Shown piece by piece: positions 9,166 to 9,986 of a DNA stretch of 9,986 bases. The DNA is taken from assembly GCA_905250005.1 (NCBI GenBank), contig CAJNOH010001307.1, positions 22,015-32,000 of the forward strand. Direction: 5' to 3'. A program made the position numbers and the translations under genes. Source of the stretch: Rotaria sordida (Eukaryota). Below the pieces are notes generated by a model that saw only the letters and a list, made by a program, of their open reading frames with translations, was not told the origin of the DNA and made no database searches. Position 1 is the first letter of the stretch, and each line of letters starts with the position of its first letter.

Positions 9166-9986
9166 TACCGAAAAGAAGGATTTTGAGAATGAATTTTCGG
9201 AAGAAGAAGAAGGAAATCCGAAGAAAAGTAGGAAAAGAAGGGAAAGAAGGATTTTTCAGAAGTCCTGCACTACAACGGTAAAATTATATTAGAAGTCGAA
9301 TAGTAGACGATAGGTACGAGCTCAGACGAGAACGAACTTCAAACATGAACAGTTGGCTTTTTGTCATGGGTATATCTGTGTTGCCAATTCATCCCATGTC
9401 TCAATGGTTGTCTCGGCAGTTCTACAGGTAACATACGTCCTTCAGCACATGTATCGCTATTCCCTGTATCGATCATGAAAATCGTGTATTATCAAACTAT
9501 TCCTTAATATAATATCGGAGATATATGGCCATTACGAAAGTATCAGATTTTCTTGCTGATCGATAAATGAGCTGCAATCTTTAGAGTAAGCTACTAGTAC
9601 AATTGAAAACCTGACAGTGCAAGCAGAAAAATTTTCCAGAATTTCTTGAACTAAATCAGTGGAACCAAACCGAAAAATCGCATGCAAGTATGATGATCAA
9701 AATCTTTGATTTTGAAAAAGTGAGTTAGCAATATTGCGTGTTTTTTAAACTAAAAAAATGAACTTGAAGTGGTCTGATGAGGTATCAATTTTCCTCTTAT
9801 ACGAATATCTAATGCCAGACTGAACATATATCCGCAATTTTTATTTCGTAAACAACTACATAAGATTTCCAAGTCGACGCTGCTTTACAATTCTGGCATA
9901 CTCACTTTCACTTTTACAAAATCGAGAGTTTTGATCTCGTACTCCTTAAGAGTTTTTCGATATGGTTCCGATGACTTGTTAAAGAA

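Noticed and set aside
1-9986. CRISPR array, rRNA, tRNA or bacterial operon structure
   Set aside because: No regularly spaced identical repeats, no tRNA-like box B or cloverleaf seen, and the genes use spliceosomal introns. This was a by-eye check only; tRNAscan-SE/Infernal would be decisive.

Overview
AT-rich, intron-bearing eukaryotic window. It looks metazoan, and a bdelloid-rotifer-like origin is my inference. The main content is on the minus strand. I read it as one multi-domain gene whose 5' end is missing, with three in-window exons. Exon A (8190..6982) resembles the C-terminal part of a DEAH/HrpA-type helicase. Exon B (5032..3977) carries a class-II-nucleotidyltransferase-like GGFVRD...PADLD module and the first half of a PARP catalytic domain. 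Exon C (1344..1085) is absent from the supplied ORF track. It completes the PARP domain (GRGAYFADDPKKSHGYT...NEYIVYRYGQALPYLKITYKA*) and gives an intact H-Y-E triad. All junctions are phase 1 with GT/AG sites, and the introns are large (about 1.95 kb and 2.63 kb). The predicted product, helicase-like + NTase-like + PARP, is the most interesting candidate system here. A piggyBac-type MITE with TTAA TSDs (6202..6447) lies inside the first of these introns, 1 bp from the stop of a possible alternative terminal exon. The left edge carries telomere-like TGTGGG/CCCACA repeats with a G4-capable motif. Most of the remaining sequence has no feature I can support.
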